Shown here in pieces: positions 63,295 through 64,000 of a stretch of DNA of 64,000 bases. Source of the DNA: Candidatus Poribacteria bacterium (lineage in GTDB: Bacteria > Poribacteria > WGA-4E > PCPOR2b). The stretch lies in the NCBI GenBank assembly GCA_965198175.1, contig OZ240245.1:4544001-4608000 (forward strand), read 5' to 3'. A model generated the notes under the pieces. That model made no database searches and was not told where the DNA came from. It saw nothing but the letters and a program-made list of their open reading frames with translations. Every line of letters starts with the position of its first letter. Within the stretch, counting starts at the first letter, position 1. The translations under genes were made by a program, and so were the position numbers.

Positions 63295-64000
63295 TTATTC
63301 AGTCGTTACGCTTGAAGCGAGAGGTTGATGCCGAAACCAATCAATAGTTTTTCGCAAGCCGGCTTTAAGACTAACGTGCGGCTGATAGCCTAGTAGACGC
63401 TGTGCCTTGCTGATGTCCGCACGTGAATGCCGAACATCGCCAACACGCTGCGGTCCGTAGATAGGGTTGGTATCAAGTTCCATCAACTCACCGATGAGGG
63501 CGCCTAGTCGGTTGATTGATGTTTGCTCACCACACCCGATATTAAAGACTGTTCCAGCAACACCCTCAGCATGACAGGCGAGGAGATTGGCATGAACCGC
63601 ATTTCCAACGTAAGTAAAATCTCTCGATTGTTCTCCATCTCCATCAATCGTTGGAGAATGACCGTTTAGTCCGGCACAAATAAATCGAGGAATGACTGCG
63701 GAATAGGGAGAGTTCGGATTTTGGCGGGGACCAAAGATATTGAAATATCGTAACGCAACAGTTTCAAGACCGTATATTTCGGTAAAGATTCGGCAATAAC
63801 ATTCACCAACGTATTTGGTGAGCGCATACGGAGAAGCCGGTTGAGAAGGGAGGTTTTCAGATCTAGGCAGCGTAGGCAAATTTCCATAGGAAGATGAGGA
63901 AGCCGCATAAACGATGCGCTTGACACCAGCATCCTTCGCAGCAACAAGGATATTCAATGTTCCTCTGATGTTCACATCGTTGCTGTGGATTGGGTCAGCG
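63295..64000 (-). CDS. NAD-dependent epimerase (WbpP/UDP-GlcNAc 4-epimerase-like), 5' end beyond the window
   Basis: AASSSSYG, YALTK, LRYFNIFGPRQ, GDGEQSRDF. Confidence 0.9.
   Translation of the reverse strand, partial: ADPIHSNDVNIRGTLNILVAAKDAGVKRIVYAASSSSYGNLPTLPRSENLPSQPASPYALTKYVGECYCRIFTEIYGLETVALRYFNIFGPRQNPNSPYSAVIPRFICAGLNGHSPTIDGDGEQSRDFTYVGNAVHANLLACHAEGVAGTVFNIGCGEQTSINRLGALIGELMELDTNPIYGPQRVGDVRHSRADISKAQRLLGYQPHVSLKAGLRKTIDWFRHQPLASSVTTE

Noticed and set aside
1..64000. tRNA, rRNA, integrase or transposase genes
   Set aside because: None recognised by eye; a tRNAscan-SE/Infernal run would be needed to exclude small RNAs

Overview
Bacterial chromosomal window, mostly housekeeping, with an accessory region in the first ~16 kb. 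The gene repertoire is reminiscent of Poribacteria/PVC-like lineages, but that is only an impression. In order it contains: an S66/MccF peptidase; a GntR(YtrA)-ABC operon with a tandemly duplicated [permease + large membrane-anchored PEGA/HEAT-like protein] module and a YtrA-type operator extended by a 5x9-bp repeat; a two-gene putative defence cassette (SNF2 helicase + sacsin-like GHKL ATPase with a C-terminal Cys-pair/HNH-like domain) bracketed by two decayed copies of a DNA-methyltransferase fragment; a stand-alone rpoBC with a consensus promoter; an ECF sigma/anti-sigma/TPR/LecA-like cluster; ispG-thrC-pdxJ; an rnpA-yidD-yidC-jag-mnmE cluster lacking rpmH; an expanded SUF operon; moaA; and a partial sugar epimerase. 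Two pairs of 'split' ORFs are best read as single genes with an in-frame UGA in a UxxC redox motif followed by a SECIS-like hairpin. These are predicted exported selenoproteins: a DUF3179 protein (33006-34082) and a thioredoxin-TPR protein (43064-43969). All family calls come from motif recognition by eye; no database searches were run.
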